This document shows, in pieces, positions 7,179-16,183 of a stretch of DNA of 26,994 bases (the first letter of the stretch is position 1; the number at the start of each line of letters is the position of its first letter). The position numbers were made by a program, and so were the translations under genes. The DNA lies in assembly GCA_036918135.1 (NCBI GenBank), contig JBALDB010000026.1:1-26994 (forward strand). The letters are read 5' to 3'. Under the pieces are notes generated by a model that saw only the letters and a list, made by a program, of their open reading frames with translations, was not told where the DNA came from and made no database searches. Source of the stretch: Nostoc sp. GTDB taxonomy: Bacteria > Cyanobacteriota > Cyanobacteriia > Cyanobacteriales > Nostocaceae.

Positions 7179-9758
7179 ATGGCTAATTCAACATTTAATC
7201 TCTCAGACCTCGATGGGAGCAATGGCTTCGTCATTAACGGTATTGCTGCAGGCGATAATTCAGGCAATTCAGTCAGCAATGCAGGAGACATCAATGGTGA
7301 TGGCATTGACGACCTGATTATTGGTGCATATACTGCCTCCCCTAACGGTAACTCTCGTGCTGGGCAAAGCTACGTGGTATTTGGAAGAAAAAATGTAGGC
7401 AGTGGCGGTATTTTAAACCTCTCGTCCCTGGATGGTACTAATGGCTTTTTAATTAACGGCATTGCTGTTGGCGATCAATCAGGCATTCGGGTCAGCAATG
7501 CAGGAGACATCAATGGTGATGACATTGACGACCTGATTATTGGTGCATATACTGCCTCCCCTAACGGTAACTCTCGTGCTGGGCAAAGCTACGTAGTATT
7601 TGGGGGGAAAAATGTAGGCAGTGGCGGCATCTTAAACCTCTCGTCCCTGGATGGTACTAATGGCTTTTTAATTAACGGCATTGCTGAAGATGACCGCTCA
7701 GGCAACTCTGTTAGCAATGCAGGGGATGTTAACGATGATGGCGTTGACGATCTGATTATTGGGGCATTTTTTGCCTCCTCCAACGGCAAGAGTTTTACGG
7801 GGCAAAGCTATGTGGTGTTTGGGAGAAAAAATGTGGGTAGTGGCGGCATCCTCAATCTTTCCTCCTTAAATAGCATCAATGGTTTTGCCATTAACGGTAT
7901 TGGTGAAACTAACTTCTCAGGTAACTCTGTCAGCAATGCAGGAGACGTTAACGGTGATGGCATTGACGACCTGATTATTGGAGCAATTGGTGACTTTGGC
8001 AACGGCAATCAGTCTGCTCAACAAGGCTATGTGGTGTTTGGAGGAAAAAATGTAGGCAATGGCGGCATCTTTAATCTCTCGTCCCTGGATGGTACTAATG
8101 GCTTTTTAATTAACAACATTGCTAAAGATGACCTCTTAAATGTCTCAGTCAGCAATGCTGGGGACGTTAACGATGATGGCATTGACGACCTGATTATTGG
8201 GGCATCTGGTGCCTCTGGCAATGGCAATCAGTCTGCTGGACAAAGCTATGTGGTGTTCGGGGGAAAAAATGTGGGCAATGGCGGCATCCTCAATCTTTCC
8301 TCCTTAAATGGCATCAATGGCTTTGTCATTAACGGCATTAGTCAGTTCGATCAATCAGGTATCTCAGTCAGCAATGCAGGAGATATTAATAACGATGGTG
8401 TTGACGACTTGATTATTGGAGCAATTGGTGCCTCCCCCAACGGCAATAGTTTTGCGGGGCAAAGCAATGTGGTGTTTGGGGGGAAAAATTTGGGCAGTGG
8501 TGGCATTCTCAATCTCTCCTCTTTAGATGGCACTAATGGCCTTGCCATTAATGGGATTGCTGAAGATGACCAATCAGGCACTTCAGTCAGCAATGCGGGG
8601 GATATCAACAACGATGGTGTTGACGACTTAGTTATTGGGGCATTTTTCGCCTCCCCCAACGGCAACTTTCGTGCTGGGCAAAGCTATGTGGTGTTTGGTG
8701 GAAGTAATATCGGCCGTAGCCCTAACTTCACGGGAACTTCTGGTTCAGACACTCTCATCGGCACAATTGGCAACAACATCATCGATGGCAAAGGTGGTAA
8801 CGATGTTCTCACAGGTAATGGCGGTCAAGATAAGTTTATTATTCGTCGGGGCGATGGTAGTGACACTATTACCGATTTTGGTGGCGTTGGTAAAGGCACA
8901 AATCCATCAGCGACGGTAATTGCCAATGTTGACACACTGCAATTTATTGGGGCTGGCTTGACTGCTCAAAATCTGCTGTTGACTCAAAATGGGAGCAACT
9001 TAGAAGTCACGTTTGACAATGTTTCCAATACCAAAGTCACTCTGAAAAACTTTCAGTTAGAAAACCTGGATAACTTGAAAGCTTCTGAAAGCAAACCAGC
9101 CATTGGTAATATCCTGTTTGATGGGCAAACTACCATCACCGACAACTTTAATGTCCTCGATGCCAACTCTACTGATACGAGTATCGGCATCAAGAACACA
9201 GTTACTTTCCTTAATGACCTCAATAACAAGATTACGGGTTTAGACAACTCCAATGATGCGATTAATGGTCAGGGAGGTAATGACAAAATCGACGGCAAGA
9301 GTGGTAACGACCTTTTGAGGGGTGGAACTGGTAATGATAGTCTTGTCGGTGGTGCAGGCAATGATACTCTTATTGGCGGTGCTGGCAACGATCGCCTCAC
9401 AGGTGATGTGGGTACTGACTATTTCCTTTACAATACCAATGCTGCTTTTGTTAGTTCTGTTATTGGTCAAGATACCATTACTGACTTCAAACACTCCCAA
9501 GGTGACAAGATTATCCTGGATAAAACTACCTTTAGTGCTATCAATTCTACTGCGGGAAAAGGTTTCAGTAATGTCAGTGATTTTAAAATCATTTCTAATG
9601 GGGCATCCAGCACAGCGAAAATTGTCTATGACCCTGTGAGTGGTAATTTGTTCTATAACCAAAATGGCAGTGCGGCTGGTTTTGGTAGCGGTGGTCTATT
9701 TGCTACCCTTGCTGGTGTGCCCACTATCACAGCTAGAGACTTCATCATTCAAGCGTAG
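7179..9758 (+). CDS. Secreted FG-GAP (integrin-alpha beta-propeller) repeat protein with C-terminal RTX Ca2+-binding repeats
   Basis: Seven 73-aa repeats with AGD(I/V)NxDG(I/V)DDLIIGA..YVVFG; GGxGNDxLx nonapeptides; no N-terminal signal peptide, consistent with type I secretion. Confidence 0.92.
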   Translation: MANSTFNLSDLDGSNGFVINGIAAGDNSGNSVSNAGDINGDGIDDLIIGAYTASPNGNSRAGQSYVVFGRKNVGSGGILNLSSLDGTNGFLINGIAVGDQSGIRVSNAGDINGDDIDDLIIGAYTASPNGNSRAGQSYVVFGGKNVGSGGILNLSSLDGTNGFLINGIAEDDRSGNSVSNAGDVNDDGVDDLIIGAFFASSNGKSFTGQSYVVFGRKNVGSGGILNLSSLNSINGFAINGIGETNFSGNSVSNAGDVNGDGIDDLIIGAIGDFGNGNQSAQQGYVVFGGKNVGNGGIFNLSSLDGTNGFLINNIAKDDLLNVSVSNAGDVNDDGIDDLIIGASGASGNGNQSAGQSYVVFGGKNVGNGGILNLSSLNGINGFVINGISQFDQSGISVSNAGDINNDGVDDLIIGAIGASPNGNSFAGQSNVVFGGKNLGSGGILNLSSLDGTNGLAINGIAEDDQSGTSVSNAGDINNDGVDDLVIGAFFASPNGNFRAGQSYVVFGGSNIGRSPNFTGTSGSDTLIGTIGNNIIDGKGGNDVLTGNGGQDKFIIRRGDGSDTITDFGGVGKGTNPSATVIANVDTLQFIGAGLTAQNLLLTQNGSNLEVTFDNVSNTKVTLKNFQLENLDNLKASESKPAIGNILFDGQTTITDNFNVLDANSTDTSIGIKNTVTFLNDLNNKITGLDNSNDAINGQGGNDKIDGKSGNDLLRGGTGNDSLVGGAGNDTLIGGAGNDRLTGDVGTDYFLYNTNAAFVSSVIGQDTITDFKHSQGDKIILDKTTFSAINSTAGKGFSNVSDFKIISNGASSTAKIVYDPVSGNLFYNQNGSAAGFGSGGLFATLAGVPTITARDFIIQA
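7190..8700 (+). repeat. Intragenic tandem repeat, 7 x 219 bp
   Basis: GTCAGCAATGC recurs at 7272 and 7491 and continues, with variants, at a 219-bp period. Boundaries are approximate. Confidence 0.9.
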
Positions 9759-9824
9759 TTAATACCATTTTGGATCTTGAATTGAAAATTATCTTCTAAA
9801 TCTAAGTTCTTAGGACTTACGCAT

Positions 9825-9974
9825 TCACAGTAAATACCAAATGTGTAGTATAGATGCCCGAATTTTCGCCAGAATTCTTGCCAAGATTTTTTGGTATTGA
9901 ACCGTTAGCTGTAGCTGTTTGTGACACTCTTCCACTTCGTGGAGGTTTGACTTTCTATAATCACTTGTTGTCAT
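9825..9974 (-). pseudogene. 49-aa ORF, probable N-terminal remnant of a GAF-domain sensor gene
   Basis: Manual translation MTTSDYRKSNLHEVEECHKQLQLTVQYQKILARILAKIRASILHIWYLL*. QKILARILAKIRAS resembles the helix that opens cyanobacterial GAF domains. Confidence 0.5.
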
Positions 9975-10143
9975 AAAATCAAGGGAATCATGAAATATCT
10001 ACTTTCAGTGTTTCCAGTTTATTTTTGCGATTGCCCCTTGAACAAAAACTGATACAACTTGAGATTTTAGATTGGCAATAGCTTTAATTTTCGGCGTTGC
10101 AGAACAGTGGATGAAGCGTAATTCCTGCAATCATCAAATTACT

Positions 10144-10410
10144 TTACCAATCACTTGTTTTTGTATCGTCCCAAACTTCTAATTCCAAATCATGAAGATA
10201 GGTTAGTCCACTCTGAATTTGTGCCTGTGTTCCTTTTAGTTCCAGGTCAAACCAACCATCACCGATAGCATTGGCTCCGAGAATTGCTGCTGTGATATTC
10301 ACAATCAGACCGTAATCAGATATCAGACGAGAAATTACAGGTTCCTGGTGATAGTTCTTAGGAATTCTAACTCGAATCCGTTTATGGTTAAGTGTATCGT
10401 CAATAGCCAT
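10144..10410 (-). CDS. Stand-alone NIL-domain protein
   Basis: YHQEPVISRLISDYGLIVNITAAIL..GWFDLELKG; directly downstream of cysW. Alternative GTG start at 10419. Confidence 0.88.
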   Translation of the reverse strand: MAIDDTLNHKRIRVRIPKNYHQEPVISRLISDYGLIVNITAAILGANAIGDGWFDLELKGTQAQIQSGLTYLHDLELEVWDDTKTSDW

Positions 10411-10547
10411 GATTGTCACTCGCTGTAGAGGAGAGTGGGGAGCTTCAAGGGCACTAGGAGCAGGGGAGTAGGAGAAGAATAGTAACTAACTCCTAACTTT
10501 CAACTCTTAACTCTTGACTCAGCACTCCCTGTTTGGGCCAAACCTAA

Positions 10548-11426
10548 CTAGTTAACATCTTTAATGCGGGTTTTCCGTTCTAAAATCTCCTTGAGGACTA
10601 AGGTGACTACTGCTAGCAACGCTAATAAGACAGCCGCAGAAAAGGCAGCTTCGGTTTCATACTGTTTGTAAGCGTCTTCCACAAACAGTGGTAAACTCTG
10701 GGTTTGGTCGGCAATGTTACCTGATACTACCGAAACTGCGCCGAATTCACCCATTGCTCTGGCATTGGTCAAAATTAAACCGTAGAGTAAGCCCCAACGG
10801 ATACTAGGTAAGGTGACGCGCCAAAAGATTTGCCAATCTTTGGCACCTAAAGTTCTAGCAGCTTCTTCTTGGTCTTTGCCAAATTCCTCTAAAACAGGAA
10901 TTACTTCTCGCGCCACGAAGGGCATACTTACAAAGGCTGTAGCTAGTACCATACCTGGAAAAGCAAAGATAATTTTGATATCAACTGCTTGCAGCCAAGG
11001 GCCAAACCAACCATTGCGTCCGTAAAGTAAAACAATCATCAATCCTGCGACTACAGGGGAGATAGAAAAAGGCAGGTCAATAATGCTCAAAACTATGGCG
11101 CGTCCGGGAAATTTATGACGTGCGATCGCCCAAGCTGCACACAAACCAAATACTGTATTTATTGGCAGAGCGATCGCAGCTAATAACAGCGTCAACCAAG
11201 CTGCATGGAGAAAGGCTGGCCTAGTCAAGTTGGATAGAAATGGCCCGACTCCTTTGCTGAAAGCTTGGATAAAAACGTTAATAGCAGGGATGTATTGAAC
11301 TAAGGTTAAATAGGCGATCGCTATCCCAATTAAAACTATTGGCACCCACTTGTTCTGCTCTTTCGGCTTGGCTGTATATGTCTCATCAGATGCAGATGAA
11401 TGAAAACTTGGCTTATCTACTGTCAT
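10548..11426 (-). CDS. cysW: Sulfate ABC transporter permease CysW
   Basis: [21 protein letters not shown] (EAA loop) and [16 protein letters not shown]; overlaps the cysT stop. Confidence 0.96.
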   Translation of the reverse strand: MTVDKPSFHSSASDETYTAKPKEQNKWVPIVLIGIAIAYLTLVQYIPAINVFIQAFSKGVGPFLSNLTRPAFLHAAWLTLLLAAIALPINTVFGLCAAWAIARHKFPGRAIVLSIIDLPFSISPVVAGLMIVLLYGRNGWFGPWLQAVDIKIIFAFPGMVLATAFVSMPFVAREVIPVLEEFGKDQEEAARTLGAKDWQIFWRVTLPSIRWGLLYGLILTNARAMGEFGAVSVVSGNIADQTQSLPLFVEDAYKQYETEAAFSAAVLLALLAVVTLVLKEILERKTRIKDVN

Positions 11427-12273
11427 ATCGCCTTGCCCATGCTTGTAAGAAATTGATTGCTAACAGCAATATTAATGAAATTGATAGGAGAACTATACCA
11501 ATTACTGTTGCCCCAGAATAGTCATACTGCTCTAGTCTTTGAAAAATTAGCACAGGTGCAATCAAATCTTGGAAGGGCGTGTTAGAAGAAATAATCACTG
11601 TGGAACCATATTCTCCAACTGCACGAGAGAAACCCAAGGCAACACCAGTCAAAATCGTCGGAAATAATGGTGGTAAAATCACTTTCCAAAAGGTCTGCCA
11701 TTGAGAAGCACCCAAACACCAAGCGGCTTCTTCAATTTCATGTTCCATTTCTTGAAGCACAGGTTGTACAGTTCTCACCACAAAAGGCAGTGAGATAAAA
11801 ATCATTGCCACCGCTACTCCCGTCCGGGTGAAAGATACTTTAATTCCTAAAGGTGATAGCAGGGAGCCTATCCAGCCGTTATCACTATAAACCGTTGCCA
11901 GTGTTAACCCTGCTACCGATGTTGGCAATGCAAAAGGTAAATCTACTGTGGCATCAATCAAGCGTTTTAAGGGAAAGTCGTAGCGAACCAGAACCCAAGC
12001 AATCAAAGTTCCAAATACGCCATTGAGCAGGGCAGCAAACAATGAAGTAACAAAAGTTACGTTATATGTTGCTAATGCGATATCACTGGTTGCGATCGCC
12101 CAAAACCTAGCCGGAGGTTCTGTACTCGCTTTTAAGAACATAGCAACTATCGGCATAAACAACATCACCGTTAGGTATACTATGGTGATTCGCCAAGTCC
12201 ACGGAACTCGCTGCAATGTCTTCCAAAAAGGTGTTTTACGTTCAACTTCTACAGAAGGAGATACAGTCGTCAT
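11413..12273 (-). CDS. cysT: Sulfate ABC transporter permease CysT (CysU)
   Basis: [41 protein letters not shown] and GEYGS. Confidence 0.96.
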   Translation of the reverse strand: MTTVSPSVEVERKTPFWKTLQRVPWTWRITIVYLTVMLFMPIVAMFLKASTEPPARFWAIATSDIALATYNVTFVTSLFAALLNGVFGTLIAWVLVRYDFPLKRLIDATVDLPFALPTSVAGLTLATVYSDNGWIGSLLSPLGIKVSFTRTGVAVAMIFISLPFVVRTVQPVLQEMEHEIEEAAWCLGASQWQTFWKVILPPLFPTILTGVALGFSRAVGEYGSTVIISSNTPFQDLIAPVLIFQRLEQYDYSGATVIGIVLLSISLILLLAINFLQAWARRYDSR

Positions 12274-12314
12274 AGTCAAAAATTCAAAATTTTAATTTCA
12301 AAAAAGTTTTTTGC

Positions 12315-12353
12315 CAGTGGTCGGTTGTTTTTTCTACTGACCACCGACCATTG
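12315..12353 (-). other. Intercistronic stem-loop between sbp and cysT
   Basis: CAGTGGTCGGT...ACCGACCATTG inverted repeat with one mismatch, next to TGACTAA heptamers. Confidence 0.5.
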
Positions 12354-12365
12354 ACTAATGACTAA

Positions 12366-13511
12366 TTAACGTTTGACTTGGGCTTGAACCTTATCAAACA
12401 CGCCCCCATCTGCGAAGAACTTTTTATCAATTGCGTCCCAACCACCCAAGTCTGCAACTGTACCTAAAGTTTTCAGCTTGGGAAATTTGTCTGTGACTTC
12501 CTTGGTTTGAGCTAAAGTCTCATCCACAGGACGGAATCCCAATTTGACAAACTCTTGCTGTGCTTCTGGGCTATAGAGGTATTTCACAAAACCTTCTGCA
12601 ACTTCGCGGGTTCCGTGCTTATCGACGTTTTTATCTACCACAGCGATTGGATTGTCGATAGATATATTCACATCGGGAACGACATACTCAACCTTCTCGC
12701 CCTTTTGCTGTGCCAAAATAACTTCGTTTTCGTAGTTGATTAAGACATCTCCCTGCCCTTGCTTGGCAAATGTATCAGTAGCTTCCCGCGCATCTTTAGG
12801 CAAGATTGGCACATTTTTATAAACTTTAGTCACAAATTCAGTTGCTTTCGCCTCATCGCCACCTGTTTTAATTACAGAATCCCATAATGCTAAGAAATTC
12901 CACTTAGCACCGCCTGAAGTTTTAGGATTAGCAGTAATCAATTTCACACCGTCTTTGGCTAAATCTTCCCAGTTCTTGATGCCTTTAGGATTGCCGGCAC
13001 GAGTGACTAATGCTGCTACAGATTTGGAGACAATGCCATTGTTGGGAACTTCTTTTTCCCATCCCGATTGAATTAATCCAGCCTTCTCAATTTTGGTGGT
13101 GTCTCCTGCTAATGCCAGGTGGACAACATCTGCTTCCAAACCATCGATAACAGCACGAGTTTGGGAACCAGAACCGCCATAGCTTTGCTTGAAGGTGACA
13201 GTTTGGTTATGGTCTTTCTTCCACTGTTCTACAAATTTAGGAATGATGGCTTCGTGAGCGGCTTTGGTAACCGCAAAGGAAACGAGGGTCAGTTGAACAT
13301 CCTTGTTAGTAGCAGCAGCAGGATTGGCAGTAGGAGCTTCGGCCGAAGAATTACTTCCATCTCCACCAGAGCAGGCGGCAAGCGCCACACTCAATAAAGC
13401 CCCTGCTAAAAACAGCGATACAAAGCCTTTGAGCGAATTCACTCTGAACCGATTGATTGTATGTTCAGCGATCGCTTGTAATATTTTCAGTGGGCGCTGC
13501 CACAAACTCAT
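12366..13511 (-). CDS. sbp: Sulfate-binding lipoprotein of the ABC transporter
   Basis: QSYGGSGSQTRAVIDGLEADVV, NPKTSGGAKWNFLA and NYENE motifs; lipobox LAAC; ATG 13511 preceded by GGAG. Confidence 0.96.
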   Translation of the reverse strand: MSLWQRPLKILQAIAEHTINRFRVNSLKGFVSLFLAGALLSVALAACSGGDGSNSSAEAPTANPAAATNKDVQLTLVSFAVTKAAHEAIIPKFVEQWKKDHNQTVTFKQSYGGSGSQTRAVIDGLEADVVHLALAGDTTKIEKAGLIQSGWEKEVPNNGIVSKSVAALVTRAGNPKGIKNWEDLAKDGVKLITANPKTSGGAKWNFLALWDSVIKTGGDEAKATEFVTKVYKNVPILPKDAREATDTFAKQGQGDVLINYENEVILAQQKGEKVEYVVPDVNISIDNPIAVVDKNVDKHGTREVAEGFVKYLYSPEAQQEFVKLGFRPVDETLAQTKEVTDKFPKLKTLGTVADLGGWDAIDKKFFADGGVFDKVQAQVKR

Positions 13512-13526
13512 TCTTTTTACTCCGCT

Positions 13527-13572
13527 AAATCTACGTTTACTAGATGGGAATACAGTTATATCCTGTAGTATA
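13527..13572. promoter_or_regulatory. Two adjacent putative operator sites (E, F) upstream of sbp
   Basis: Plus strand 13527-13551 AAATCTACGTTTACTAGATGGGAAT (15/25 to site B). Minus strand 13572-13548 TATACTACAGGATATAACTGTATTC shares TATACTAC with sites A and C. Confidence 0.45.
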
Positions 13573-14026
13573 TTACTAGATTTTTGCAGCAATTTGGTTA
13601 CAAATACACAAAAACCTCATATTCTCGATAGAAAATATGGTGATTGTATCAGTTCTGCGAAGAATTACAAATACTTCGAGTTGAAAATATAAAATTACCA
13701 TTACAATTAGTCACTGCGGGAATCAAGCAACTTGCTAGTAAATGAAGCATGAGCTAAACAGAACATTAGTGATTAATGGGTGATTGTCAAACATTACCCA
13801 TTCCCCATTACTTATTACCTGCTAAGTAGAATGGTGTGGAAAAACAAAACTATATTAAGAAAAATTAAATAGACTTAAACCCTCTTTCCTCCTAACTTGA
13901 AAAAGAGTGTAGGATGTGGGGTGTAGGGGATATTCCTTTTTCATGCATGGTGGTGAAACTTGTTTCATCGGGACTGCCTTCTACCTCCTGCCTAAATAGA
14001 AAAATTATAAATATTAGTGAATAATA

Positions 14027-14059
14027 AGATTCCCGACTTATTAAAGAAATCGGGAATCT
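14027..14059. repeat. REP-like palindrome, possible terminator downstream of the yafJ-like gene
   Basis: AGATTCCCGA-N13-TCGGGAATCT; resembles a palindrome family frequent in Nostocales intergenic DNA. Confidence 0.65.
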
Positions 14060-14174
14060 AAAGCTTGGAATTTGAATAAAATCAAATTAGGATTGCTAGA
14101 TTTAAATATTTTAAAGAAAACTACCTAAATATTTGTTGAGTAATATTATCAGTTTACCCAACCTAAACCCACTG

Positions 14175-14954
14175 TTAACTGACGGCATATTTCATGGGTA
14201 ACCCGTCCTGAAATACTAGCAATTCTCCGGGTTCGATTTGTGTCCAAACTTCGTTATCGGTGAGGGGGGTGGTAGCGATAACGGCGACGCGATCGCGTTC
14301 GGTAGTCACTTCCCGAAAATCTACGGTCATATCTTGGTCAATCAAATGGGCAGCGGCAAAGGGCGCTTGGCGGACAATATAGCTGAGTTTGGTCGAGCAA
14401 TAAGCAAAAAAGTGTTCTCCATCTGAGAGCAAATAGTTAAATATACCTATTTTAGAAATTATCTCAGTAATTTCTTGCAGCACAGAATAAAGTTCTTTAA
14501 TAGAAGGCTCACCTTTAGGAAAGCGTTGTCGCAATGTTTCTAACATTAGACAGAATGCTTTTTCACTATCTGTATCACCTACGGCTTGATAAAAGCCCAT
14601 ATTTTCTAGATAAAAGTCAGGTAAATTACCGTTATGGGCAAATACCCAATACTTACCCCATAATTCTCTGCGGAAAGGATGGCAGTTGTGTAAGGCAACT
14701 TCACCCTGAGTAGCTTTGCGGATATGGGCTATGACATGGGTTGAGTGGATGGGATAACTCCGCACAAACTCCGCTACCGGAGAAACAATAGAAGGTTGAG
14801 CATCTAAAAACATCCGACATCCCTTTCCTTCAAAGAAAGCAATGCCCCAACCATCGCTATGATGATCTGTTTTTCCTCCCCGTGCAGAAAAACCTTCAAA
14901 AGAAAAGCAAATATCCGTTGGGACATTGCAATTCATTCCAAGCAATTGGCACAT
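14175..14954 (-). CDS. Class II glutamine amidotransferase-like Ntn hydrolase (YafJ/EgtC/Dug3 family)
   Basis: MCQLLG (N-terminal nucleophile Cys2), HSDGWGIAF, AHIRKAT, NCHPF, FAHNG and GDTDSE. Confidence 0.92.
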   Translation of the reverse strand: MCQLLGMNCNVPTDICFSFEGFSARGGKTDHHSDGWGIAFFEGKGCRMFLDAQPSIVSPVAEFVRSYPIHSTHVIAHIRKATQGEVALHNCHPFRRELWGKYWVFAHNGNLPDFYLENMGFYQAVGDTDSEKAFCLMLETLRQRFPKGEPSIKELYSVLQEITEIISKIGIFNYLLSDGEHFFAYCSTKLSYIVRQAPFAAAHLIDQDMTVDFREVTTERDRVAVIATTPLTDNEVWTQIEPGELLVFQDGLPMKYAVS

Positions 14955-15198
14955 ACATGTTGCAGCTTTCAATTTTTGAATAAGCCCTCAGGATCAAGAT
15001 ACTTCAGAATCAAGCTTGATTCTGGAGCGATCGCTTCAATCTTGAAACTTAATATATCAATATTAAATAAAATAGCCTCCCAAAATCAGAGGCTAGAGCA
15101 AAAATCAACAGATAGCTAAGCTAATGAGCATTTAAATTGCATGTTGATATTAAGTATTAAGAGTATAAAAATTGCTCCTTACACTTATAAAGTTTGTC

Positions 15199-15498
15199 TC
15201 ATGCCAAAAGATGGTAACGGCGGATATCTGGTGCAGCAGCCACCAAACCTTCGAGTTTAGCAATTCCGGTTTGCAGATGGGGTGAGTCTAGGTGAGTATT
15301 CAGGGCTTCATGAGAAGTCCACTCTTCCACAAAAGTAAAATCCGTTAGGTCAGCCTGATTTTGTAAAAGTTCATATTTGATTGCACCTGGTTCCTGTCTG
15401 GTTGGTTTGATGAGTTCCAACAACACAGCTTTAAGTTCTTCTACTTTGTCAGGCAAAGCAACAATACGGGCAACAACGCGAATAGTTTGGTTAGTCAT
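15199..15498 (-). CDS. ABM-domain protein (YgiN/LsrG-like dimeric alpha/beta barrel)
   Basis: TRQEPG, FVEEW and ALNTHLDSPH; 99 aa; 61 bp downstream of mtnB. Confidence 0.88.
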   Translation of the reverse strand: MTNQTIRVVARIVALPDKVEELKAVLLELIKPTRQEPGAIKYELLQNQADLTDFTFVEEWTSHEALNTHLDSPHLQTGIAKLEGLVAAAPDIRRYHLLA

Positions 15499-15559
15499 TT
15501 GTTATTGGTCATTTGTCATTAGTTGTTTCTTTGCCTGTCTCAAGAGCCTCCCCATCTCT

Positions 15560-16183
15560 TCATCTCCCCATTCTCCAACTGGCTACCATGTAGCGAAAAA
15601 TGTATTCTACCAACTCAATGTAGTTACGGGCAGACTCAGGGGAAGGTGCCCAAACTGTAACGCCGTGGTCGCGGATGAGCAAGGCTGGGACTTCGGGTGG
15701 AGTAATTGTCAAACGCTCTTTAATGTCGGTAGCAATTTGGGAAACCTGTAAATAGTTTGTGAAAATGGGAATTACACAATTGGGATTTTGTTGGTAAACT
15801 CCCAAACCTTTAAGCATTTCCAGAGGTGGTAACGGTAAAGAGTCTCCAGTTACCAAGCGGGAAACCAGATTTGCCTCAACTGAGTGGACGTGGTAGCAAG
15901 CTTTTGCTTCGGGAAACAAGGTATAAAGTACTTGGTGAATGGCGGTTTCTGCGGAGGGCTTTAAATTATTTGGCAAATGCTCCTTACCATCTGCATAAAT
16001 ACGGACAAAATCACTGAGTGATAATTCTCCTTTAGACCGACCACTAGCTGTAATCCAGAAGCTACCATCAGGTAAAAGCACTGAAAGATTGCCGGCAGTT
16101 CCTACCATCCAACCTTGTTGATAGAAATGACGGGCTGTAGTGATTAACTCAAGACGAGGGTCAGTTAGGGTTCGCTGTATCAT
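15560..16183 (-). CDS. mtnB: Methylthioribulose-1-phosphate dehydratase
   Basis: GWMVGTAGNLS, ITASGRSKG, KPSAETAIH, HVHS and IRDHGVTVW (class II aldolase fold); ATGA overlap with the mtnX stop. Confidence 0.93.
   Translation of the reverse strand: MIQRTLTDPRLELITTARHFYQQGWMVGTAGNLSVLLPDGSFWITASGRSKGELSLSDFVRIYADGKEHLPNNLKPSAETAIHQVLYTLFPEAKACYHVHSVEANLVSRLVTGDSLPLPPLEMLKGLGVYQQNPNCVIPIFTNYLQVSQIATDIKERLTITPPEVPALLIRDHGVTVWAPSPESARNYIELVEYIFRYMVASWRMGR

Noticed and set aside
6976..7317. 113-aa ORF overlapping the FG-GAP start, and other short overlapping ORFs (e.g. 13303-13692, 15377-15751, 9240-9662)
   Set aside because: They overlap well-supported genes in other frames or strands and show no recognisable motifs.
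7037..8665. Series of similar minus-strand ORFs (7037-7306, 7589-7789, 7808-8008, 8027-8227, 8351-8665) that look like a repeated small-peptide family
   Set aside because: They are antisense shadows of the 219-bp FG-GAP coding repeats.
7190..8700. Possible CRISPR array or diversity-generating retroelement target
   Set aside because: The repeats are in-frame 219-bp coding units without unique spacers. No cas gene, reverse transcriptase or template repeat is in the window.
9828..9852. TATACTAC half-site resembling the sulfur operator
   Set aside because: It lies between convergent gene ends at the presumed junction, and the rest of the 25-mer does not match.
6222..11121. Absence of intact HIP1 sites as proof of horizontal transfer of the FG-GAP gene
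   Set aside because: A gap of similar order occurs at about 22800-26450 among ordinary genes, so the signal is not decisive without genome-wide statistics.
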